Part shown: piece by piece, positions 10,091-17,771 of the stretch
How positions within the stretch are numbered: position 1 is the stretch's first letter
Layout: every line of letters starts with the position of its first letter
From: an uncultured Collinsella sp.
GTDB lineage: Bacteria; Actinomycetota; Coriobacteriia; Coriobacteriales; Coriobacteriaceae
DNA length: 64,000 nt
Assembly: GCA_900548515.1 (NCBI GenBank)
Contig: URKU01000003.1
Coordinates: 2,951-66,950 of the forward strand
Direction: 5' to 3'
Notes under the pieces: model-generated
Seen by the model: the letters and a program-made list of their open reading frames with translations, nothing else
The model's database searches: none
Told to the model about the DNA's origin: nothing
Position numbers and translations under genes: made by a program

Positions 10091-10121
10091 TATACTTAGG
10101 CTCAAACGAAACCGATTTCGT
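10091..10121 (+). promoter_or_regulatory. Promoter -10 (TATACT) plus ACGAAACCGATTTCGT operator
   Basis: Same layout as the kdgK promoter. Confidence 0.65.
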
Positions 10122-10124
10122 TGA

Positions 10125-10334
10125 GCGTGGGCAATAGGGTGTTAAGACACACCCTACCATCTTGGCATCTTATCGCCCACGCAATGCCATTTGCTTTCTT
10201 CCCGTCTCGTTGGACCTTTAGTCCCATTCCGGCACAGCGAGACACTTCCTAGACGACTGACCGTGGGGCCGGCTTTTCTGCTTTTGCAGCAGTGCCTCCG
10301 ATAACCCTCTTTTGCCGGCCCGGGTCAGCTTTTT
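10125..10334 (+). ncRNA. Candidate sRNA or leader carrying motif A copy 2 (10125-10182) and motif B copy 2 (10220-10328)
   Basis: Compensatory changes and G-U pairs relative to the 6760 and 7980 copies; short U-run after the last stem. Confidence 0.6.
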
Positions 10335-10361
10335 CACACAACCGAAAGGACGGGTAGCAAC

Positions 10362-11042
10362 ATGCGACCGCTCATTATCATGCATGGCGAGAACATCGAC
10401 TGGTGCCATACCGTCATTAGAATGCTGATGTATCTTGTGGGCGTTGCAGTACTGGCACTCGGTATGAGTCTCCAGACGGCATCCGGCCTGGGCGTCGCCG
10501 CGCTCACGTGCTTTGCCACAACCCTATCCATGCTCACTGGCAAGACGCTCGGCTTTTGGATCACCGCAACCTACGTCGCCTACATCGTGGCGCAATTAGC
10601 CATCTTGCGAAGCGAGTTCCAGCCGCGCATCCTGCTCGAGTTGTTCTTCTCAACGCTGATTGGCGGCTTGACCGACCTCTTCATGGCGGTCAACCCACTG
10701 CATCCCACGGCACTCCCCACACAGATTGCGACCATGCTGCTCTCCCTCGCTGTCACCGCATTTGGCGTAAGTCTCGTCGTCAACATGGGCGTTGTCCCCA
10801 ACGCGCCCGACGGCTTGGTGCAAGTCATTGCCGAAAAGCTTAAACGCCGCTTTGGTGACGTAAAAGTCGTGTTTGACTGCTCGCACGTCGCCGCCTCGCT
10901 CGCGCTGTCGCTGGTCTTTATGCACAACCTGGGCGGCTTTGGCGTCACGACCGCCATCTCGGCACTGTTCCTGGGCCATGTCATCAACGTCGCCAATAAG
11001 CTCTTCGCCCAGCGCTTTATCCGCGTGGCCTTTGGAAAATAG
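10362..11042 (+). CDS. YczE/YyaS/YitT-family membrane protein
   Basis: Multiple TM helices with an internal repeat; GLGV, PDGL and KVVFD motifs; AAAGGA RBS. Confidence 0.8.
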   Translation: MRPLIIMHGENIDWCHTVIRMLMYLVGVAVLALGMSLQTASGLGVAALTCFATTLSMLTGKTLGFWITATYVAYIVAQLAILRSEFQPRILLELFFSTLIGGLTDLFMAVNPLHPTALPTQIATMLLSLAVTAFGVSLVVNMGVVPNAPDGLVQVIAEKLKRRFGDVKVVFDCSHVAASLALSLVFMHNLGGFGVTTAISALFLGHVINVANKLFAQRFIRVAFGK

Positions 11043-11070
11043 CGCCACCGCAAGAACTCGCGAGCAGCGC

Positions 11071-11150
11071 TATACGTTGCTATATCTCACTATACTTTGC
11101 TATATCTTGCTATACGTTGCTATACTTTGCTATATCTTGCTATATCTTGA
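11071..11150. repeat. Tandem array of eight 10-bp units (TATAyyTTGC-like)
   Basis: tatacgttgc tatatctcac tatactttgc tatatcttgc tatacgttgc tatactttgc tatatcttgc tatatcttga. Confidence 0.9.
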
Positions 11151-11165
11151 GCAAAGGTGGCTCGC

Positions 11166-12257
11166 ATGCAAACAAACCCTTTTAAGCCCACAGCAGGCAA
11201 AACACCTCCCACGATTATCGGCCGCGAAGATGTACTTGAAGAATTCAATGAAGGCCTCGTCAACGGGCCTGGCGCCCCGGGACGCCTTATGCGCATAGCC
11301 GGCGTCCGCGGAACGGGCAAGACGGTCCTCCTTGACGAGTGCTCACGTTTGGCGCAAAGCCATGGCTGGACGGTCATAAAAGAAGTCGCAACCGAAGGAC
11401 TTTGTCAGCGCATTCTCGAGCAGCTGCAGCCCAAATTCCAGGCCAAACACGCCAGATTTGAGCCAAGCGTAGCTGGCATATCCATCGGCAGCATAGACAT
11501 TGAGCGAATCGGCCCATCGCTGCGTGACGCCATGAGGCAGGCAATATCAAAGAACGGCAATGGTCTGCTCATCACCCTCGATGAGGTCCAAGACGCAGAG
11601 CTCGAAGAGGTCCGAACGCTCTCCATTGCGATTCAGCAGGTTATCGGCGAAGACCTTGATATCGCCTTTGTTTTTGCGGGGCTGCCTTCGATGATAGAAA
11701 GCGTCATCAACGGAAAGACACTTACGTTTTTGCGCCGTGCCCTCCCCTTTGATCTGAAGGCTGTGGCAGTAACCGAAGTGTCGTACTCCCTCGAAGAAAC
11801 CATTGAAGCGTCTGGCATGGAGCTGCAACCAGGTATTGCCGGCCAACTTGCCGAGGCAACGCAAGGCTACCCCTTTATGATTCAGCTCGTTGGATATTAC
11901 GCATGGCAACTGGCACGACGCGCACATACAACGATTATTGGAGAAGAAGAAGCCGAGCGTGGCATTGCAACGGCACGCGAACGCTTCTGCGCCATGGTGA
12001 TTGAGCCCGCGCTGCAGCGCATTCCGCCCACGTGCATCGCTTATCTGCTGAGCATGGCGTCTTTGGGGCAGACGAGCTCGACCAGCATGGTTGCCGATGC
12101 CCTAAACAAAACGCCTCAACAGGTGAGTTCCGTCCGCAGCCGCCTGTTAAGAGAATCGATTATCGAGGCTCCCTCGTACGGCAAGGTCTCATTTGCCATC
12201 CCCTACATGCGCGACTACCTCTGCGAGCACAAAGCCGAACTGGAAGTTGAACTGTAG
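11166..12257 (+). CDS. AAA+ (AAA_16/Cdc6-like) ATPase with probable C-terminal winged helix
   Basis: NPF N-terminus, IIGRE, Walker A GVRGTGKT, Walker B LITLDE, GYPFMIQL and HTH-like C-terminus. Confidence 0.8.
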   Translation: MQTNPFKPTAGKTPPTIIGREDVLEEFNEGLVNGPGAPGRLMRIAGVRGTGKTVLLDECSRLAQSHGWTVIKEVATEGLCQRILEQLQPKFQAKHARFEPSVAGISIGSIDIERIGPSLRDAMRQAISKNGNGLLITLDEVQDAELEEVRTLSIAIQQVIGEDLDIAFVFAGLPSMIESVINGKTLTFLRRALPFDLKAVAVTEVSYSLEETIEASGMELQPGIAGQLAEATQGYPFMIQLVGYYAWQLARRAHTTIIGEEEAERGIATARERFCAMVIEPALQRIPPTCIAYLLSMASLGQTSSTSMVADALNKTPQQVSSVRSRLLRESIIEAPSYGKVSFAIPYMRDYLCEHKAELEVEL

Positions 12258-12276
12258 AAACGGCAACTGCCCTGCA

Positions 12277-12430
12277 AGACGAAAACCGTTTTCGTACGGA
12301 TTAAAGCAGACGTAAACGATTTTCGTCTTGATTTGCGTACGGAATTAAGACGTAAATTGCGCTTTCGTACGCTTATTACCAGACGCAAATTGTTTTCGTC
12401 CGGCCATGCGTCCCCAATCTAGACGAAAAG
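12277..12430. repeat. Cluster of degenerate palindromes AGACGnAAA...TTTCGT
   Basis: Units start at 12277, 12308, 12348 and 12381, with a half unit at 12421. Confidence 0.6.
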
Positions 12431-12449
12431 AGCCCCGAGCTCGTATTGA

Positions 12450-12760
12450 ACTGCATCCCAATTCTTGGACGGGCGCCGATGCCCTGATCTCTGCCATGTC
12501 GAGGTGCGAGATCAAATCCTTGGCGCGCTCGCCGGAGTGGTATGCCTTGTTCGGCGCCACCTTCCTGTAGAGCTTCTTGAGCTTCGTCTTCCCCTTGTTG
12601 CCCGGTGGCATCTCCGTCTCAGGTGGCAGCCCTAGGAAGGACAGGACGCCGGGCAGGTCGCACAGCATCACGTCCTCGATGTCGGCCTTGGCCGCCAGGT
12701 CGACGACTCTCTGCGCTGTCGGCGAGATGTTCGGGGTGCTGCTACCGCCCGCTGGTTCGG
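12450..12760 (-). pseudogene. C-terminal fragment of an unidentified gene fused in frame to the integrase remnant
   Basis: Protein-like stretch DIEDVMLCDL...KLKKLYRKV...DLISHLDM with no start of its own; joined through the GCAGTAGCGG x3 repeat. Confidence 0.4.
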
Positions 12761-12799
12761 AAGCTGGCGGGCAGTAGCGGGCAGTAGCGGCAGTAGCGG

Positions 12800-13699
12800 T
12801 GTGGCTCGATAGGCCCGAATATCCGTAAGGAAGGTGCTCGCTCTCATATGTGCTGATATGCCTCGCCTCGCGAACCTTGGGATGCTTCCTGAGGTAATCC
12901 CTCAATTCGAGCCACTCTTTATGCTCATAACGCTTCGAAATCGTTTCCCCGTCGACAGTTTCCTTCACATAATGGTATGTTCGAACGCCTTCGAACTTGC
13001 CGAACCCGTTCTCGACGCTGAAGTTTCTGAACCAGCGCGAAAACCCATTCAGGTCCATGAAGTTGACTTGGGGATGCCTGTCTTTCGTTCGTTCGAATGA
13101 GTGGACGAGCGGAGTGCCTTTGACTTGTTCCAGGCCGAAGGCTTCCATTTCGCGGGCCTGCTCCTTTTTCCAGAATTCGAGATACGACGTCAGCGTCTCG
13201 CTTATCGAGATCCTCCGCACGCTTTTCTTGCTTTTGGGCGAGCGAACGCTTCGATCGGCCGCGAACTGCTGCTCAATGAGGATGCTTCTGTTCTCGACGG
13301 AGGCATCGGACCACGTCATCCCGAGGGCTTCTGCCCTTCTCATGTCGGTGTCGAGCATGAGCATCACGCATGTGATGTGCGCGTCCGGTTCTCGATTGAG
13401 TAGGATGTCGAGTAGGCGAGCGGCGTGATGGTTCCTTCGCGGTTGTCGTGGGACTTTTTTGCGTACGAGCCGACGGTGTCCCTCGATTTTTGGACGTAGG
13501 TGCCGCTGTTGAGTTCTGCCTTGTAGGCTTCGAGTGCGGCGTCGACCTCTCGGCTTTTGGTGGTATGTATGGTCTGCCACGGCGAATAGCGGTATTTGCC
13601 CGTGACCGGATCCTTGCCGAGGCTGTGACGGTAGCGCCACGTGTATTTGTCGCGGCGTTGCTTCGTTCCTTTGCCTATGACGAGAGGTCGGTCGTTCAT
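12800..13699 (-). pseudogene. Degraded tyrosine recombinase (phage/ICE-type integrase)
   Basis: N-terminal arm-binding-like segment (WRYRHSLGKDPVTGKYR), frameshift or deletion near 13430, catalytic box I remnant TDMRRAEALGMTW; truncated where HxxR is expected. Confidence 0.75.
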
Positions 13700-13851
13700 C
13701 GTGTTCCTTGCCTGAAGTGCCTGAGAATCGCGCTCGGTTGCGCGGAATGGCGCAAAGGGCTGGGGCGGGTGGGCATTACCCTTGGTGGTGGGCCCTGCGT
13801 GGGGTCACACCCCAAGGGTAATGCTCCGCCTGACCGCTTTCAAGCTCGTTG

Positions 13852-13951
13852 TGGGTCGAATTTGGGTCGAATTATTCCGCGTACTTTTCTTTCGTAAATC
13901 TATGAAAACATCAAATGACCTGGAGTTATATTGACTTCAATTTGGGTCGAA
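13852..13951. promoter_or_regulatory. Putative integrase arm-type sites (TGGGTCGAA x3)
   Basis: Direct repeats at 13852, 13863 and 13943 between the integrase start and the att core. Confidence 0.5.
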
Positions 13952-13980
13952 ATGTCTGAATGAAACAACGTCGTAGCGAC

Positions 13981-14025
13981 CTCATAACCCGAAGGTCGGT
14001 GGTTCAAATCCGCCCCCCGCGACCA
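13981..14025 (+). mobile_element. 3' half of tRNA-Met(CAT); att site scar, not an intact tRNA
   Basis: ctcataacccgaaggtcggtggttcaaatccgccccccgcgacca gives anticodon loop, T-arm, acceptor 3' strand and CCA; the 5' half is absent. Confidence 0.85.
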
Positions 14026-14034
14026 TGAAACTTC

Positions 14035-14070
14035 AGGTCGGAAGCATAAAAGCTCCCGACCTTTTTCTTT
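14035..14070 (+). terminator. Intrinsic terminator after the tRNA fragment
   Basis: aggtcggaagc/gctcccgacct stem followed by a U-tract. Confidence 0.7.
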
Positions 14071-14284
14071 GTCTAGGGGTTTCGGCATCTCTCGTTCTTT
14101 GGGTACCTCGAGGCGGGCAATCAGATAGATGCTTACGAGTATCATAGGGTCTTTTTACGTCGCGGTCGTGTCTCGTACTGGTGCGCCGCTCTTTGTGGGA
14201 CGTGTCACTTTGCCATAGGTTGTCCGGCGGCGGGGCGCAGGTCGTTCCCCGTGGCGTCGCTCCTTTCGACGCTACGCTGCCTGG

Positions 14285-14593
14285 CTACTCGTTCCACTGG
14301 TGCTTTTTCATGTCGACGCAGCCGTTGTCTCGGAAGGCGACTCCTTCCTCCGTCAGTAGTGCTCGCTGGTCGGGGAAGTTTGGCGCGAGGCGTCCCGCGT
14401 GGTTGACGACGCGGTGGCAGGGATAATCGCCGTAGCGATCCGCCTCGCTCAGCACCGCTCCGACCAGGCGAGAGTTTTTCTCCCTGCCGATGAGGCGCGC
14501 TATCTGACCGTACGAGGCGACGCATCCCGCCGGAATCTCTGCCACGACGGAGAGAATCTCATAAACCAAATCTTCGTCCAGGACTTTTCCCAT
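14285..14593 (-). CDS. Short MGMT/Ogt-family O6-alkylguanine DNA repair protein
   Basis: IPAGCVASYGQIA and PCHRVV active-site motif. Confidence 0.88.
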   Translation of the reverse strand: MGKVLDEDLVYEILSVVAEIPAGCVASYGQIARLIGREKNSRLVGAVLSEADRYGDYPCHRVVNHAGRLAPNFPDQRALLTEEGVAFRDNGCVDMKKHQWNE

Positions 14594-14767
14594 CGTATCG
14601 CTCCCGTGTTCGCTTTTGCCTTCGGGGGCGCGGCGCCGATCACCCGTGCTGCGATTTTCGCAGCTCCCCTTACCGAAGCATCGAGGGAAAGCGCGTGCGT
14701 GTCAAGGTTGTCTGGTCCAGTTGCTGGCTCGATGCCTCGAGATGTTCGCCTCAAGTGCGACCTGCCC

Positions 14768-15274
14768 CTATTGGAAAAGGATGCCGAAGATGTATTTGGT
14801 GATGGCGGAGCGGCGGATGACCCCCACGAGTTTGCCCTCGTCATCAACCACAGGAAGCTTCTTGAACTTCTTCTTCGCCAGCAGCGCGGCGACGCGGGCG
14901 ATGCTCTGCTCGGGACGGGCACACACTACCTGACGCGTCGCGAAATCCATGACGCAGCGATCCTTCAGGTCTTCGATGCGCTGCTCAAGGCTCTGATCGT
15001 CGAAGTACAGCATGGACGCGTCGCCGCCCGTGAAGATGGTGTGAGCGCGATGCTGCGCGATGGCTCCCATGACATCGCCGTCGGAGATGAACCCGACCAC
15101 CTGGTTGCGCTCATCGATTACGGGCATGCTGCTCACCTCGTTTTCGGCGAGCATGCGCACCACGTCGGAAATCGTGCAATCCTGCGTGCAGGTGAACGGC
15201 TCTTCAATCATGATGCTCGAAACGGGCGTCCCCTCGAGCTCGAGCGGGATGCGCTCGGACAGAATCTCGGACAT
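14768..15274 (-). CDS. CBS-domain pair protein
   Basis: Two CBS repeats (MPVID..VVGFIS, LPVVDDEGKLVGVI). Confidence 0.88.
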   Translation of the reverse strand: MSEILSERIPLELEGTPVSSIMIEEPFTCTQDCTISDVVRMLAENEVSSMPVIDERNQVVGFISDGDVMGAIAQHRAHTIFTGGDASMLYFDDQSLEQRIEDLKDRCVMDFATRQVVCARPEQSIARVAALLAKKKFKKLPVVDDEGKLVGVIRRSAITKYIFGILFQ

Positions 15275-15277
15275 CGC

Positions 15278-16717
15278 TTATGCCTCCTTCGTTTTCGGTG
15301 CGGTTTTCTTGGTGCGCACGCTGAATATGGCGCAGATAAGGGAAACGAGGCCGATTGCCGCGCACACCTTGTAAGCGACGCCCGCGCCCACGGCGGTGGC
15401 TACTTGGATGCTCGCATCGACGCCGGCCGACGCGGTGACGCTTGTCATGACCGTGATGATGAGCGCCGTGCACAAACCGCCGGCGACCTGGCGGCCGGTG
15501 TTCGCGATGGCGTTGCCGTGGGCGATCATGTCATTTTTCAAGGCATTGACACCCCATGTGTTCACCGGCATGTTCGCGAGCGACTGGCCGGCGGACTGCA
15601 GCATGCAGAACAGCGCAACCACCAAGATGGGCGTGTTTACCGTCGAAAGCGAGAGCAGGAACAGGGCGCCGGTCATGAGGGCCAGGCCGACGATCGAGAT
15701 GGCACGCGGACCGAACTTGTCGAACACCACGCCGGAGATAGGGCTGATGATGATGCCCACCGCCGCGGCGGGAAGCATGGCCATGCCGGTTTCGAAGGCC
15801 GAAGCGCCAAGCGAGGTTTGCAGCAGCAACGGCAACAGCGTGTTGGTGACCAGGCATGCGGCGTTGATGAGCGTGACGATGATGGCGGCCACGCGGAACT
15901 CGCGCGTCTTGAGCGTGCCCAGTTGAAGCAGCGGGTCCTCGATTTTGCCCTGGCGTACGACGAACAGCACCAAGCACACGACACCCGCGACGATCGAGCC
16001 GAGCACCACGGGGTTGCCCCAACCCATCGACGAGGCGCTCGAGAACCCGTAGAGAAGTCCGCCGAAGGCGATGGTGGAGAGGACGACCGAGGGCAGGTCG
16101 AGCTTGGGGTTCTTCAGCTCGCCCACGTTTTTCAGCATGAACACGCCCAGCACCAGCACGAGAATTGCGAGGGGGACGATGGCGCCGATCATGGTGCGCC
16201 AGCCGTACGTGTCGATCACCGCGCCGCCTACGACGGGGCCGACCGCGGGACCCGCCGACATGACGATGCCCGCCATGCCCATAGCCGTTCCTCGTTTCTC
16301 GACGGGGAACACCAGCATGGGAACCACCGAGACAAGCGGCATGAGCACGCCTGAGCCCGCCGCTTGCAACACGCGACCGATGATGAGGAACAGGAAATCA
16401 GGGGCTGCGGCGCACAGCAGCGTGCCCAGCGCGAACACCAGCGTCGCCCCGAAGAATAGCGCGCGGGTGCTGAACTTGTCGATAAGGAACGCCGAAACGG
16501 GGACCATGATGCCGCTCACCAGCGGGTATATGGACATGATCCACTGGGCAGTCGAGGCATCGATGGCGAAATCGGACATGATGACCGGCAGCGCAGGCGA
16601 CATCACCGTTTGGTTCAGTAGCGCCAAGAAGGCACCCAGGACGACGACCGCGACGATGCGGATCTGGGTACCGGTAATGCGCCCATTGGCGGGCGCGACC
16701 GTACAATTATCAGACAT
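15278..16717 (-). CDS. DHA2-family MFS multidrug efflux transporter (LmrB/EmrB-like)
   Basis: About 14 TM helices; LNQTVMSPALP, GRVLQAAG and GPAVGPVVGG motifs. Confidence 0.92.
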   Translation of the reverse strand: MSDNCTVAPANGRITGTQIRIVAVVVLGAFLALLNQTVMSPALPVIMSDFAIDASTAQWIMSIYPLVSGIMVPVSAFLIDKFSTRALFFGATLVFALGTLLCAAAPDFLFLIIGRVLQAAGSGVLMPLVSVVPMLVFPVEKRGTAMGMAGIVMSAGPAVGPVVGGAVIDTYGWRTMIGAIVPLAILVLVLGVFMLKNVGELKNPKLDLPSVVLSTIAFGGLLYGFSSASSMGWGNPVVLGSIVAGVVCLVLFVVRQGKIEDPLLQLGTLKTREFRVAAIIVTLINAACLVTNTLLPLLLQTSLGASAFETGMAMLPAAAVGIIISPISGVVFDKFGPRAISIVGLALMTGALFLLSLSTVNTPILVVALFCMLQSAGQSLANMPVNTWGVNALKNDMIAHGNAIANTGRQVAGGLCTALIITVMTSVTASAGVDASIQVATAVGAGVAYKVCAAIGLVSLICAIFSVRTKKTAPKTKEA

Positions 16718-16799
16718 AAGCTTCCTTCGTATCTATTCGATTCTTCGCCGAAGGCGCGCCGGCCCACGGGCGAAATAACATGCACGTGCTATGCGTGCA

Positions 16800-16913
16800 T
16801 CAGATACGACAGGAAGAAAGCGGCTGCTCAGAGCGCACTTGGGGAACAACAGGAGAGGCCCCGTATACCAGGGGCCGCCGAATTGCGATGTATGCTTTGG
16901 TCAAATCCTTCAT
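16800..16913 (-). CDS. Candidate 37-aa leader peptide (uORF) of the MFS operon
   Basis: MKDLTKAYIAIRRPLVYGASPVVPQVRSEQPLSSCRI*, starting a few nt after the predicted TSS. Confidence 0.35.
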   Translation of the reverse strand: MKDLTKAYIAIRRPLVYGASPVVPQVRSEQPLSSCRI

Positions 16914-16924
16914 AGCGGGGAGGT

Positions 16925-16953
16925 ATTCTAGCAGCCGTCTTCGCCCCTTTCAA
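16925..16953 (-). promoter_or_regulatory. Sigma70-type promoter for the MFS-CBS operon
   Basis: TTGAAA-N17-TAGAAT on the minus strand. Confidence 0.7.
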
Positions 16954-17237
16954 GGGATGTAACCCAGACGTTGATTTTCTTCACCGAGGCGCCATCGTTG
17001 ACGGGTGGCGTGCTTCTCTATCGCCACACCGCGGGGCGAGGGAACGCCGCGGCGAGCTTGTACATCGGCTATGTGTGCAGCTGCGAGCGTGTCGCCGGCG
17101 CGCGCTGGGCGCCAGTCCGATCCGGCCGACTCTTGCCGACGGTCGGTCGCCGTCCTCCTCCATCTCCGCCTGCTCTGTTTTTGCTCTGCTCCCTTGTCGT
17201 ATCATGGACGGACGAGAATTGAGCGAAGGCGGTACGT

Positions 17238-17579
17238 ATGAACATCCAGATATTCGGCACGAAGAAAAGCTTCGATACTAAGAAGGCGCAGCGCTATTTC
17301 AAGGAACGTCGTGTGAAGTTCCAGTTCATCGACTTGAAGGAAAAGGGGATGAGCAAAGGCGAGCTCGAAAGCGTGGCGCGCGCCGTCGGCGGGATCGACG
17401 CTGTGATCGATCCAAAGGCGAAAGATGCCGACACGGTTGCGCTCGTACAGTATCTTGCTGCCGACCAGAAGTTCGAAAAGGTGCTCGATAACCAGCAGAT
17501 TCTTCGTGAGCCCATCGTTCGCAACGGCCGCCAGGCAACCGTTGGCTACGAGCCTGACGTGTGGAAGGGCTGGGAATAA
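17238..17579 (+). CDS. ArsC/Spx-family protein
   Basis: IQIFGTKKSFDTKKAQRYFKE and LREPIV; 113 aa thioredoxin-like fold. Confidence 0.8.
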   Translation: MNIQIFGTKKSFDTKKAQRYFKERRVKFQFIDLKEKGMSKGELESVARAVGGIDAVIDPKAKDADTVALVQYLAADQKFEKVLDNQQILREPIVRNGRQATVGYEPDVWKGWE

Positions 17580-17771
17580 AGCGGCTGGGAATAAAGTGAA
17601 GCGCCCACGCCCGTGGTTTTATCCACGGACGCGGGCGCTTGCGTAAGACGTCTCTTGTCGTTTGAGTGGAGCGCCCCGGCGGCGCTGAACAACGCGCCCC
17701 GGTGACGTGGCTGAACTCGGGGCTCTTTGTGCCGCACATCTATGAGAGGAGAAATTCGATGCGTACGTGCG

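Noticed and set aside
12277..12430. Possible mini-CRISPR
   Set aside because: Irregular spacing (31-40 bp), short spacers and poor repeat identity
12345..13640. 431-aa functional integrase
   Set aside because: Chimeric ORF: N-terminus is out of frame, HxxR and catalytic Tyr are missing and the C-terminus is unrelated
13950..14025. Intact tRNA-Met gene
   Set aside because: Sequence 5' of the anticodon loop cannot form the anticodon, D or acceptor stems
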